NCBI GenBank assembly: GCA_003345545.1
Contig: PRDH01000071.1
Location: 1 to 26,015, forward strand
Direction of reading: 5' to 3'
DNA from: Candidatus Thorarchaeota archaeon
GTDB taxonomy: Archaea; Asgardarchaeota; Thorarchaeia; Thorarchaeales; Thorarchaeaceae
Length of the DNA: 26,015 nucleotides
Part shown: in pieces, positions 17,448-26,015 of the stretch
Layout: every line of letters starts with the position of its first letter
Position numbering within the stretch: the stretch's first letter is position 1
Position numbers and translations under genes: made by a program
Notes under the pieces: model-generated
What the model saw: the letters and a program-made list of their open reading frames with translations, nothing else
Told to the model about the DNA's origin: nothing
The model's database searches: none

Positions 17448-17996
17448 GTGCTGGCTCTGGCGGATAGTGCTGCGTATCTCTTCAAGATAGTCTTCCTCGG
17501 TGAGGGGGCCGTGGGCAAGACTTCGCTTGTTGGCAGATTTGTATACAACTCATTTGAGGGTGACTACCTCGCGACCATTGGAACCGACATCCATCTAAAG
17601 ATGGTTCAAGTTGAGGATACGTTGGTCAAATTGGTGATTTGGGACATTGCAGGTCAGGACAACTTCTCACAACTCCGCCGAGCGTACTACCAGAATGCAA
17701 GCGGTGCGTTTTTCGTCTTTGACACTTCACGCCCTGAGACCATTGGACGAATAGACGAATGGCTCAAGGCCCTTCATGCAGTAGCCGGGGATATACCTCT
17801 CGTCATGCTTGAGAATAAGGTAGACTTGAAGAGTGCAGTTACGAAAGAACAGAAGGACCAGATAATCAAGAAATACGGTCTCAAAATCATTCCGACGAGT
17901 GCGAAGGAAGACACAAACGTCGAAGATGCTTTTCAAGAGATGACGCGTAAGATACTGACGAAAGCGCGTAGCAAGGGGATGAAGACTCTAAAGTAG
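17448..17996 (+). CDS. Rab-like small GTPase (Ras superfamily), copy 1
   Basis: G1 GEGAVGKTS, G2 YLATIG, G3 WDIAGQ, G4 NKVD, G5 SAK; RabF-like IGTDI, KLVIW and YYQNA. Confidence 0.93.
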   Translation: MLALADSAAYLFKIVFLGEGAVGKTSLVGRFVYNSFEGDYLATIGTDIHLKMVQVEDTLVKLVIWDIAGQDNFSQLRRAYYQNASGAFFVFDTSRPETIGRIDEWLKALHAVAGDIPLVMLENKVDLKSAVTKEQKDQIIKKYGLKIIPTSAKEDTNVEDAFQEMTRKILTKARSKGMKTLK

Positions 17997-18019
17997 AACT
18001 ATGTCAAGGGTGTTTCAAA

Positions 18020-18541
18020 TTGTCTACGAGGAATCCGGATTTTGTGCATAAACTAGTTTTTCTAGGCGATTCACAAGTAGGCAAGACATCACTCATACAG
18101 CGCTATGTGTATGACACTCTATCGCCAGACATGACGAGGACGATTGGTGCAGTACTGCATATCAAGACATTGGAGTTGGATGGCGAGTTCCATAAACAGA
18201 TCATCTGGGACCTTGGAGGAGAAGAATCCTTCGCGCAGCTTCGAGAGCAATATTGCGCAAATGCATCCGGGGCGTTCTTCGTCTTTGACCGAACGAATTT
18301 GAAGTCGCTCGAACATATCGACAGATGGCTCAACTCTCTCTACGCAGCAGCTGGAAAAGTAGCTGTCGTCGCAGTCGAGAACAAGATCGACCTTGAGTCG
18401 GTGATTACCGACGCGCAGATAAGAGGCATCTTGGAGGCTCGAGGGCTTAAGCACATTCAAACGAGTGCACTTGAGAACAAGAATGTCGATGTCGCGTTTG
18501 AAGAGCTTGTGAAGAAGATTCGTGAGAGAGGCAAGTACTAG
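18020..18541 (+). CDS. Rab-like small GTPase, copy 2 (G3 Gln replaced by Glu)
   Basis: G1 GDSQVGKTS, G2 RTIG, G3 WDLGGE, G4 NKID, G5 SAL. Confidence 0.92.
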   Translation: MSTRNPDFVHKLVFLGDSQVGKTSLIQRYVYDTLSPDMTRTIGAVLHIKTLELDGEFHKQIIWDLGGEESFAQLREQYCANASGAFFVFDRTNLKSLEHIDRWLNSLYAAAGKVAVVAVENKIDLESVITDAQIRGILEARGLKHIQTSALENKNVDVAFEELVKKIRERGKY

Positions 18542-19236
18542 ATATCTATAGCAACATCGCTGACATCATCGGTTCCCTTGTAGGCTAGACCGAGTTTCCT
18601 TCTCTTGCCAGTCACCAGAAAGACTGCGTACTCAGCGATGGAGATTGCTTGGTCTGCGGTACGTTCAAAGTATCTCCCAACAATGACGTATAACATGGCG
18701 ATATTGCTGATACCTCGCAGATGACCAAGATAGTTTGCAATCTCTTGGAACATGTCAGCGGACTCACTGTCACTCTGTGCATCCAGTTTCTCAAGTTCAT
18801 CAATCTCACTCAGGTCCTCGTCAATTACCGCGCGCATGCTAATACTTAGAGCAGCAGTGGCAAGCTCAGCGAGGTAGGGCAATGTGATGAGCTCTTTGAA
18901 ATGATCTAAGCCTTCGCTCATTTTCACTATCTCTGCGATTTTCGTAGCGAAACGGCCCACGCTTTGGAGACCATTGGAAGTGTTCAGATATGCAATGAAA
19001 CGACGTAGTTCTTTGTCTCGTGGTTGGTGTGATGTTATGGCTTCAAAGATCTTGTCTTCTATGGCATGGTGGTTTTTCTCTATGTAACGAGCCTTCTTCG
19101 TGATTGAATCAGCCAAATCGCTATCGAAGTCCTCAAACGCCTTCATGGAACGCTCCAAGGCTGTAGCAACAGTCTCGTAGAGGTTCTCCAAGAGAGCCTT
19201 GATTTCCTTCTTTACAACATCCAGAGTTGAATCCAT
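18538..19236 (-). CDS. phoU: Phosphate uptake regulator PhoU, paralog 2
   Basis: Two PhoU repeats (HQPRDKELR; ERTADQAISIAE..VFLVTG); downstream of the pst operon. Confidence 0.88.
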   Translation of the reverse strand: MDSTLDVVKKEIKALLENLYETVATALERSMKAFEDFDSDLADSITKKARYIEKNHHAIEDKIFEAITSHQPRDKELRRFIAYLNTSNGLQSVGRFATKIAEIVKMSEGLDHFKELITLPYLAELATAALSISMRAVIDEDLSEIDELEKLDAQSDSESADMFQEIANYLGHLRGISNIAMLYVIVGRYFERTADQAISIAEYAVFLVTGKRRKLGLAYKGTDDVSDVAIDI

Positions 19237-19302
19237 ATGGATGTCACCGGCCTGAGTAACAGAGTATTCATAAGATTAAGATATTGCGATTGAGCATCAG
19301 AA

Positions 19303-19989
19303 TCAGTGTGGCGCTTGGCTTGATTGCCCTTTGTACGCAAGGCCGAGTTTCACTCGTCTTCCCGTTACCATATAGACAGCACGTTCAGCTATTGAGAAGG
19401 CATGGTCCGCTGCACGCTCGCAATAACGACCGACTATGACATAGAACATAGCCATCTTGGTGATGTCATTTCTCTTTCGCAAGTAGTCTGCTATTTCCTC
19501 AAACATATCGGAGGTTTCCTTGTCGCTAATTGCCTCGAGCTTCTCAAGCTCGCCTATGTGGGTGAGGTCTCTATCCAACACAGCCCTCATTGCTATGTCA
19601 ATTGTCTGCTTGGCCAATTCAGCGAGATAAGGAAGTGAAACAAGCTCTTTGAAGTGCTCCATACCCTCACAGAGTCGCACGATGTGGGAAACCTTGTAAG
19701 CATAACGTCCTATTCTGTAGAGATGATGTGCAACTGAAAGATAAGTTGCGAGTTCACGCAGGTCCTTTGCGACAGGCTGTCTTCTTGCGATTGTTTCAAA
19801 AACGTTGTCCTCGATGCCCAGAGACTTCTGCTCGATTATCTCTGAAGTCGAGCGTACCTCAGCTGCAAGATTCTGGTCGAGGGCCTCGAATGCTTTCATG
19901 GCATTCATGAACGCGCCTGTGGACATTTCGGCCAGTTCTCTCACTTTGTCATTGATTGATTTCATGTGCTTTTGTAGTTGTATAGACAT
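19303..19989 (-). CDS. phoU: Phosphate uptake regulator PhoU, paralog 1
   Basis: IARRQPVAKDLR and ERAADHAFSIAERAVYMVTG. ATG 19989 follows an AGGTGA SD (track start 19998). Confidence 0.92.
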   Translation of the reverse strand: MSIQLQKHMKSINDKVRELAEMSTGAFMNAMKAFEALDQNLAAEVRSTSEIIEQKSLGIEDNVFETIARRQPVAKDLRELATYLSVAHHLYRIGRYAYKVSHIVRLCEGMEHFKELVSLPYLAELAKQTIDIAMRAVLDRDLTHIGELEKLEAISDKETSDMFEEIADYLRKRNDITKMAMFYVIVGRYCERAADHAFSIAERAVYMVTGRRVKLGLAYKGQSSQAPH

Positions 19990-19998
19990 GACATTCAC

Positions 19999-20763
19999 CT
20001 ATCCTATGCGTCCTGTAATGAATGCCTCGGTTCTCGCGTCTGCCGGCGCCTCGAGGATTCTCTTTGTTTCATCGAACTCCACCAACTCGCCCAGATACAG
20101 AAATGCAGCCTGATCTGACACTCGGAATGCTTGTTGAACATTGTGAGTCACGAGAATGATTGTATAGTCCTTCTTCAGTTCCACAATTAACTCCTCAATC
20201 TTGGCTGCGCTTATCGGATCCAATGCGGACACGGGTTCGTCCATCAACAGGACTGGCGGGTCAACAGATAATGCTCTCGCAATACATAGTCTTTGCTGTT
20301 GACCACCGGATAGATTGGGAGCAGGATGCTGCAGTTCATCTTTTACTTCATCCCAGAGGGCCGCTTTGCGAAGTGAATTCTCTACAATCTTCTCCAGCTC
20401 ATCCTCATCCTTTGTACCATGGAGCTTTGGTCCATAGGTAATGTTATCATGTACACTCATTGGAAACGGGTTTGGTTTTTGAAAAACCATCCCGATGTGT
20501 TTTCGCAAATCGTACACACTCGAGCCCGTTCCATAGATGTCTGTTCCTCGAAACAGGACAACTCCTTCATGGCGAAAACTAGGCACAAGGTCATTCAACC
20601 TATTGATCGTCCTCAATAACGTTGATTTGCCGCACCCGCTTGGACCCATAATCGCAGTCACTGAATTGTCTTTGAAGGTGCATGTGATATCCTTCAGGAT
20701 GTGTTTCTTTCCAAACCATGTTGAAAGCCCTTTGATCTCTATATGATGTTCATATTCTGACAT
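19999..20763 (-). CDS. pstB: Phosphate ABC transporter ATP-binding protein
   Basis: GPSGCGKST, VFQKPNPFPMS, LSGGQQQRLCIARAL, LLMDEP, VTHN and ITGRIG. Confidence 0.97.
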   Translation of the reverse strand: MSEYEHHIEIKGLSTWFGKKHILKDITCTFKDNSVTAIMGPSGCGKSTLLRTINRLNDLVPSFRHEGVVLFRGTDIYGTGSSVYDLRKHIGMVFQKPNPFPMSVHDNITYGPKLHGTKDEDELEKIVENSLRKAALWDEVKDELQHPAPNLSGGQQQRLCIARALSVDPPVLLMDEPVSALDPISAAKIEELIVELKKDYTIILVTHNVQQAFRVSDQAAFLYLGELVEFDETKRILEAPADARTEAFITGRIG

Positions 20764-21702
20764 CTATACGATCCTCCTTGTTACTTTTCTTGAGATGAGA
20801 TTCGCAATCAGATCGACTGCCAGCACCATCATCATGAGCGCTAGTGCAGTTCCGTGCGCCTTGACTTGGAGGTACTCACGAGGGTCGCTGATATAAGCCC
20901 AGATTGTGTAGGGCATAGAAGCAACCCAGGAGCCGGGACCTGTCAATTCCGTTGGAACGATGAGGCTATTTCCAGCCGTGAAAATCAAGGGGGCAGTTTC
21001 ACCCATGACCCTGCCGACCGCTAGCAGCACTCCTGTGATGACTCCAGGGAATGCGGCGCGAAGAGTCACACTCCAAGTTGTGGACCACTTGGTCGCTCCA
21101 AGTGCGAGTGAGGCTTCTCTCAGAGACATCGGTACTGCGCGAAGAGCCTCCTCAGTGGTTCTGAGAATAGTTGGTATCATCATGAATGCAAGAGTAAGAC
21201 TCCCAGCAACAATACCCATTCCTAGATGAAGGAAGTCAACAAGGAAGGCAAAACCGAAGGCTCCCAAGACAATGGAAGGTATCCCTGCCAACACATCTGA
21301 GGTGAACTCGATTATCTCTCTAATGCGACCAGGCCGTGTGTACTCAATGATATACGCCGCCCCACATACACTTAGAGGAATGCCGACTATAGATGCCAAG
21401 ATTATTAGCTCCACAGTGCCAACAAAGGCATTTCGTATCCCTCCCATGAGACCTGCCCCCGGAAATGTAGACAGGAATTCAAGACCCTGCCCAGGTCCTG
21501 TTCCAAAGACTTGTGAGAATCCAACCCCCGTAACCTGAATCAGAATCAAGAAGAAGGGCAGTACAATGATGACGACTAATATGCCCAAGATAATCCTGAA
21601 CAGATAGTCCGAGAGGTGGCGTCGGGATTTTGCCGCATCTCGAAGTCCAATGCGTCCATAAAGCCTTTGGAGACTTGACTCTGAATCAAGTTTAGCTGTC
21701 AT
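20764..21702 (-). CDS. pstA: Phosphate ABC transporter permease PstA
   Basis: LAGIPSIV.G.FG, TEEALRAVP..LREASLALGATKW and GETAPL. Confidence 0.94.
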   Translation of the reverse strand: MTAKLDSESSLQRLYGRIGLRDAAKSRRHLSDYLFRIILGILVVIIVLPFFLILIQVTGVGFSQVFGTGPGQGLEFLSTFPGAGLMGGIRNAFVGTVELIILASIVGIPLSVCGAAYIIEYTRPGRIREIIEFTSDVLAGIPSIVLGAFGFAFLVDFLHLGMGIVAGSLTLAFMMIPTILRTTEEALRAVPMSLREASLALGATKWSTTWSVTLRAAFPGVITGVLLAVGRVMGETAPLIFTAGNSLIVPTELTGPGSWVASMPYTIWAYISDPREYLQVKAHGTALALMMMVLAVDLIANLISRKVTRRIV

Positions 21703-22710
21703 CTAGATGTACCCCCGTGTCTTCATACCCCATCTGATGAAGAGCTTGGCTGTCAGTGTGAAGCAGACTGACATGATGAGCAGGATGAAAGCAACAGCGA
21801 ATAGTGCGGACCTCCAGAGTGGGAACACAAACGCATACCCTAGCTGGTTTGTGATGATGCTTGTCATTACGTAGGTCGGATCAAAGAGGGAATAAGGAAT
21901 CTGAAGCGAGTTGCCCGTCACCATGAGCACAGCCATGGTTTCGCCAACAGCTCTTCCAAGTGACAGCACAACTGCTGCCCCAACACCTGGAAGAGCTGCA
22001 GAGAGAACTACTTTCCGCGATGTTTCACTCTGAGTTGCTCCGAGAGCAAGAGAGGCCTCACGAAAGCTCATAGGCACTGTCTGAAGGGCATCAGCGGATA
22101 TCGTAACCACTGTCGGAAGCAACATAATTGCCAGGATTAGACCGCCTGCCAACAGTGAGAGACCGTTGGACGTACTCTGTGCCAAGGGTGCAATGTTGTT
22201 CTTGACAAATGGCACAAGGACGAGGTATGCCCATAGACCGTAGACGATTGAGGGAATCGCAGCCATCATCTCAATGATCATCTTGATGGGCTGCCGAAGC
22301 CGAATGGGGCAGAACTCGCTCAGGAAGAGTGCTCCTCCAATTCCGAGAGGTACGGCCAGGCCAACTGCAATCCCAGTGCACATCAGAGAACCAACTATGA
22401 ATATGGCAATTCCGTAGAGATCTCTATTAGGATCCCACGTCGGGCTGACGATGATTCCAGGGCCTCCAATTGGACTGACGAATATTGGAACAGATTCATA
22501 CCAAAGAAAAGCAAGGATGAGAACGATGATGAGTGTGCTCGCGACTGCAGGGACAAGGAGTCCGATGCGACCAATGCGGTCTATCTTGCCAGGTCTATCT
22601 GCATTACGGAAGTCGGATATAGACTTAAAGAATGCCCCTCTAACACTTGTCATTAATGCCCTGTTTGCTTCATCATCCTTTATATTAGCACTCTCATTCT
22701 GTTCTACCAT
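21703..22710 (-). CDS. pstC: Phosphate ABC transporter permease PstC
   Basis: WDP...YG, AAIPSIVYGLW, REASLALGAT and GRAVGETMAVLMVTGN. Confidence 0.94.
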   Translation of the reverse strand: MVEQNESANIKDDEANRALMTSVRGAFFKSISDFRNADRPGKIDRIGRIGLLVPAVASTLIIVLILAFLWYESVPIFVSPIGGPGIIVSPTWDPNRDLYGIAIFIVGSLMCTGIAVGLAVPLGIGGALFLSEFCPIRLRQPIKMIIEMMAAIPSIVYGLWAYLVLVPFVKNNIAPLAQSTSNGLSLLAGGLILAIMLLPTVVTISADALQTVPMSFREASLALGATQSETSRKVVLSAALPGVGAAVVLSLGRAVGETMAVLMVTGNSLQIPYSLFDPTYVMTSIITNQLGYAFVFPLWRSALFAVAFILLIMSVCFTLTAKLFIRWGMKTRGYI

Positions 22711-22740
22711 TGTTCTATCGCCGCTTCTAGATTCATGATT

Positions 22741-23805
22741 TCATGATATGTTCTGGGCAAGGTCGGTCACAACGCTGAGCGAGTAAGTCTGAACAGATGT
22801 TCCATTGATCGGCACATAGCCCACCTGCGACACATGAATTTGACCCTGCAAGAGACACCAGGACAGATATGTGACTGCATAGGTTCGAAGATAGTCACGA
22901 TTTACCAGGTAGAAGAGCAACCGGGCAATTGGATATGCTCCATCTATGTTTGCGTTCATTAGATCCAGCCCAGGACTTGTGAGATTAGCTGGAATCGCCT
23001 TGACGGCATTCGCGACCGATGGCGTCACCCATTGATTGTTTCCGGGATTGTATAGGTCGACGATGACAGCCTCCTCCATGAAAGCCAGACTCACGTACCC
23101 GATTGCATGGTCATCAGAGAGTACTCCTGATGACACGCTCGGGTTTCCATCAACAGAGTTTACGCCAGCTGGAAATGAGAGAGCCTCTTCGTGTCCAAGT
23201 CGCCATTCGTACTCTGCTCCGTTTTCATTGATGTTCTCATCTGCGGTTTCAAGCCATTTGGCAAAAGTAGCGGTCGTACCACTGGCGTCGGACCTAACGT
23301 ACACACTTATTATCCCCGTCTGGACAATGCCAACGCCAAAGGTCGCGGCAAAGCTCTCCCAAGTTGTTACATTTCTTTGAAACACTGCAACAGCCATATC
23401 ACAGTCCATCCTGAACTCGGAACCATTTACTCCCTCGTTCACAATGACTGCAAGGGCGTCTGCAGATACGGGAAGTATCTCAACTGCAGGATTCTTGTCA
23501 ATGTAGTCCTGTTTTGGATAGGAACTTGAGGCACCAACATCTATGAGCCCCTGACTGATGAGGGACTGTCCGAGGCCGCTTCCGCCAGAGCTTGGATTCA
23601 ATGACAGGCCAGGATTGTCTGTAGAGAAGTACGTTGCCCAGACCTGCGAAAGGGGATAGACCGTCGAGGACCCTGCAGTAGTCACGGTCGCAGTGATTCC
23701 TCCTTCAAATGGCGGACTGAAGAAGACCAGGCCTCCTGCACCAAGAGCGATTCCTAGTATCAATCCGGTCATCAGTGCAGTCTTTTGTTTCCAGATGGAT
23801 ATCAT
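22741..23805 (-). CDS. pstS: Phosphate ABC transporter substrate-binding protein
   Basis: N-terminal membrane anchor, AGSSTVYP, GGSGLG, RSDASGTT, AIGYV and YPIAR. Confidence 0.93.
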   Translation of the reverse strand: MISIWKQKTALMTGLILGIALGAGGLVFFSPPFEGGITATVTTAGSSTVYPLSQVWATYFSTDNPGLSLNPSSGGSGLGQSLISQGLIDVGASSSYPKQDYIDKNPAVEILPVSADALAVIVNEGVNGSEFRMDCDMAVAVFQRNVTTWESFAATFGVGIVQTGIISVYVRSDASGTTATFAKWLETADENINENGAEYEWRLGHEEALSFPAGVNSVDGNPSVSSGVLSDDHAIGYVSLAFMEEAVIVDLYNPGNNQWVTPSVANAVKAIPANLTSPGLDLMNANIDGAYPIARLLFYLVNRDYLRTYAVTYLSWCLLQGQIHVSQVGYVPINGTSVQTYSLSVVTDLAQNIS

Positions 23806-23819
23806 CGCCGATTGCTCCC

Positions 23820-23832
23820 TTATTATATATTA
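23820..23832 (-). promoter_or_regulatory. AT-only tract upstream of pstS (candidate TATA box or regulatory site)
   Basis: Minus strand TAATATATAATAA, 15-27 nt upstream of the pstS ATG; conspicuous in otherwise GC-balanced sequence. Confidence 0.4.
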
Positions 23833-24020
23833 GCACCATGAAGTATCTTGAATTAAGTTCATCGGAAATCATGAGGAGTCATAGGGGACCCAGCTTTCAA
23901 TTCATCGCGGGAGGATCGTCACCAATTGTGCCAATGTGATTGAAGCCGGGATGAAAGGAATGACTATGTCACATCTTTAAGAGCTAGACTTATGACTCCT
24001 GAACAGTCATTAGTTTACAG

Positions 24021-24860
24021 GTGATGTTTTTGGCACGTACTCAGATGAACACTCTGAATGACCTTGAAGCAAGAGAGTGGGTGAAATCCACGAAGTCGTG
24101 GTTCATTGTAAATCCCCGTTCAAGAACAACTGAGCAGATGGATCACCCGGCCAAGTATCCAGAGGAACTTGTGCAACGCTTCATCAGTTTTTTCACCAAG
24201 AGAGGGAGTTGGGTTCTCGACCCGTTCGCGGGAGTTGGGAGTACACTCATTGCATGCAAGGAGTTGTCACGAAATGCTGTTGGCATTGAGCTACATGGAG
24301 AATTCGTGGAGTCTGGACTGAAAATGCTCCTGGAAACAAAGGGGTCTGGAGAGCAGCATTTCCTTATGGGAGATGCAAGAGAGTCAATGAGTATTATGGC
24401 TGAGCAATTCGGAGAATCTTCACCTGCCTTTGACTATCTGATCACTTCCCCGCCCTATTGGGATATGCTTCGGAAGTCCCGTGGAGGAAATGACTCGGCT
24501 CAAAGGGCAAGGGGCCGACGGGGACTGAAACAGTACTACAGCGACTCTGAGAAGGACCTTGGAAACATCACGTCATACTATGAGTATATCGAGGCTCTGG
24601 GCTCATTGTTCAGTGGATTGAGACCATTGTTGAGAAACAAGGCGTATCTCACGATTGTTGTTCAAAACATGAGAAATGTCGACGGACTATTGAAACCTAT
24701 TGCATGGGACCTGGCAAGGAGAGTGTCTGACGATTATGACCTGCGCCAAGAGATGATCTGGTGCCAGGACAACAAGAAGCTCGGCTGTTGGGGCTACCCG
24801 ACTACGTATGTTTCAAACGTCCATCATCACTACTGTCTCATATTTCAGAAACCTGCTTGA
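24021..24860 (+). CDS. Orphan amino-DNA methyltransferase (N4-cytosine/N6-adenine family)
   Basis: HPAKYP, VLDPFAGVGST (motif I), GIEL, GDAR and ITSPPYW (motif IV). No restriction endonuclease recognised nearby. Confidence 0.88.
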   Translation: MMFLARTQMNTLNDLEAREWVKSTKSWFIVNPRSRTTEQMDHPAKYPEELVQRFISFFTKRGSWVLDPFAGVGSTLIACKELSRNAVGIELHGEFVESGLKMLLETKGSGEQHFLMGDARESMSIMAEQFGESSPAFDYLITSPPYWDMLRKSRGGNDSAQRARGRRGLKQYYSDSEKDLGNITSYYEYIEALGSLFSGLRPLLRNKAYLTIVVQNMRNVDGLLKPIAWDLARRVSDDYDLRQEMIWCQDNKKLGCWGYPTTYVSNVHHHYCLIFQKPA

Positions 24861-24954
24861 TGCAGTAGAGCCATGCCACGCCAGCCATTACTAGAACCAC
24901 TCGAATCCGTACTGTCCTGAATTGCCTCTTCTGGTGCGTCCCATTTCTCGGACT

Positions 24955-25461
24955 TCATTCTGCAACAGCCGACACGATTCTGTTGCAGTTCTGACACCTG
25001 GTCTTTCCTTCGCTGTCAACCAACCGGCGAGACACGAAGTAAGAGGCACCGCAGCTGGGACACTTGAAACTCAGTCCGCGCCAGCCCAAGTCTCCGCTGT
25101 ACTGTGCTCTCACTACAGCTAGTGTTTCTTCCTTGCACTCGTCAATGGCATCGCGAAGTTTCTTCTCTCCATGCACCCATTCCGAAGGACCACCGAGTCC
25201 TACGAGCGCTGTCATGTGGATTCTCATCGTCGCTCTGTTTGTATCGTTGTCGTGTTCTGTCAGAATGACTGCGACGCCCTGCGATCCGATACTGTAAACG
25301 TGAACCCCGAATAGCAGGTTACCCTTTTCGCCAAAGTTGCGCAAGAGAGGATTCATTCCCCGATCAAAAACGCCGCTCTTCTTCTCCCAGATTGATGGGA
25401 CCTCATCGATAAAGGCTCGCAGTTCCTGCCTGTTCATGCCAGCTAGCTCCACGATCTCCAT
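24955..25461 (-). CDS. Hypothetical protein with C-terminal Zn ribbon
   Basis: CPSC...CQNC at the C-terminus; SD GAGGCGGA upstream of the ATG. Confidence 0.75.
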   Translation of the reverse strand: MEIVELAGMNRQELRAFIDEVPSIWEKKSGVFDRGMNPLLRNFGEKGNLLFGVHVYSIGSQGVAVILTEHDNDTNRATMRIHMTALVGLGGPSEWVHGEKKLRDAIDECKEETLAVVRAQYSGDLGWRGLSFKCPSCGASYFVSRRLVDSEGKTRCQNCNRIVSAVAE

Positions 25462-25622
25462 ATGACATCCGCCTCGAATATTCCTCTGTTCTGAGAGAAT
25501 AAGACGTTAGCGGTGGCATACTTGCGAAACACGGAATTGACCTCGAAAGAAGCACTAGTTGGATACTGTCAAAGGAATCCATTTCATACGGTTCTTAAGC
25601 AACACATGCAGACCAGATTTGC

Positions 25623-26015
25623 ATGCCAAGTAAACTCCGCGAACTGACCATCAAAGACCAAATCCAGGTCGACAGTCTCTGCGCGACTATTGGGGATGGC
25701 AATGACTATGTTCCGACTGCCTTCCCGACATGGGCCAATGACCCCCATGATAATGTAATCGGTATCTTTGAGGGAAAGGAGCTCGTTGCACTCTGCAATC
25801 TTGGAACCATCGACGGAACAAACATTGCTTGGGTACAGGGACTACGAGTAAGGGAAGCGTCTCAACAGAAAGGTTATGGCACCAAGATCACCGAAGCCAT
25901 CGTTCAACTTGCGAGGGAGAAGCAGGTGAGAACGCTATGGTATGTCACTGGTTCTCAGAATGAAGGGTCGCAGAAGGTTGCAGAGAGGCTGGGTTTCCAT
26001 AAAGCCAATAGCGTC
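25623..26015 (+). CDS. GNAT-family N-acetyltransferase, 3'-truncated by the window edge (not in the ORF track)
   Basis: Manual translation: MPSKLRELTIKDQIQVDSLCATIGDGNDYVP...AWVQGLRVREASQQKGYGTKI...NEGSQKVAERLGF. Acetyl-CoA motif A (QQKGYG) and motif B (N..S..VAERLGF); 131 open codons. Confidence 0.88.
   Translation, partial: MPSKLRELTIKDQIQVDSLCATIGDGNDYVPTAFPTWANDPHDNVIGIFEGKELVALCNLGTIDGTNIAWVQGLRVREASQQKGYGTKITEAIVQLAREKQVRTLWYVTGSQNEGSQKVAERLGFHKANSV

Noticed and set aside
24021-25461. Restriction-modification system or defence island
   Set aside because: The convergent neighbour has only a Zn ribbon with no recognisable PD-(D/E)xK or HNH motif, and there are no mobility genes.
1-26015. 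tRNA, rRNA, CRISPR arrays, IS elements, and the remaining short overlapping ORFs in the track
   Set aside because: None seen by eye; intergenic gaps are short and non-repetitive. The short ORFs lie within better-supported genes. tRNAscan-SE and Infernal were not run.

Overview
Gene-dense archaeal chromosomal window, most likely from an Asgard archaeon such as Thorarchaeia. This is an inference from the tandem Rab-like GTPases, archaeal geranylgeranyl reductase, TrmB and HTH-10 regulators, and GGTGA/GGAGG ribosome-binding sites. Left to right: a membrane protein and a surface glycoprotein; then a co-oriented run of agmatinase-like ureohydrolase, TrmB regulator, Sulfolobus-type DGGGPL reductase, a cytoplasmic M23/LAS-like Zn hydrolase, a LipS2-type radical SAM lipoyl synthase subunit and a split lipoate-protein ligase LplA+LplB. 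Next come an EamA transporter with a divergent HTH-10 regulator, a charged helical protein, an HExxH membrane protease, a small winged-helix protein and a convergent 526-aa coiled-coil/winged-helix protein. These are followed by a SAM methyltransferase-like protein, a Zn-ribbon/disordered protein, a TIM-barrel isomerase, two Rab-like GTPases, a complete pstSCAB-phoU-phoU operon, an orphan permuted DNA methyltransferase, a Zn-ribbon protein, and a GNAT gene cut by the right edge that the ORF track misses. No rRNA, tRNA, CRISPR array or mobile element was seen. The best candidates for new biology are (i) the M23-like hydrolase translationally coupled to the LipS2-LplAB lipoylation genes, (ii) the head-rod-tail coiled-coil protein with a C-terminal winged helix, and (iii) the Rab-like pair in which one copy lacks the catalytic Gln. 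All family calls come from motif recognition by eye; no searches were run.
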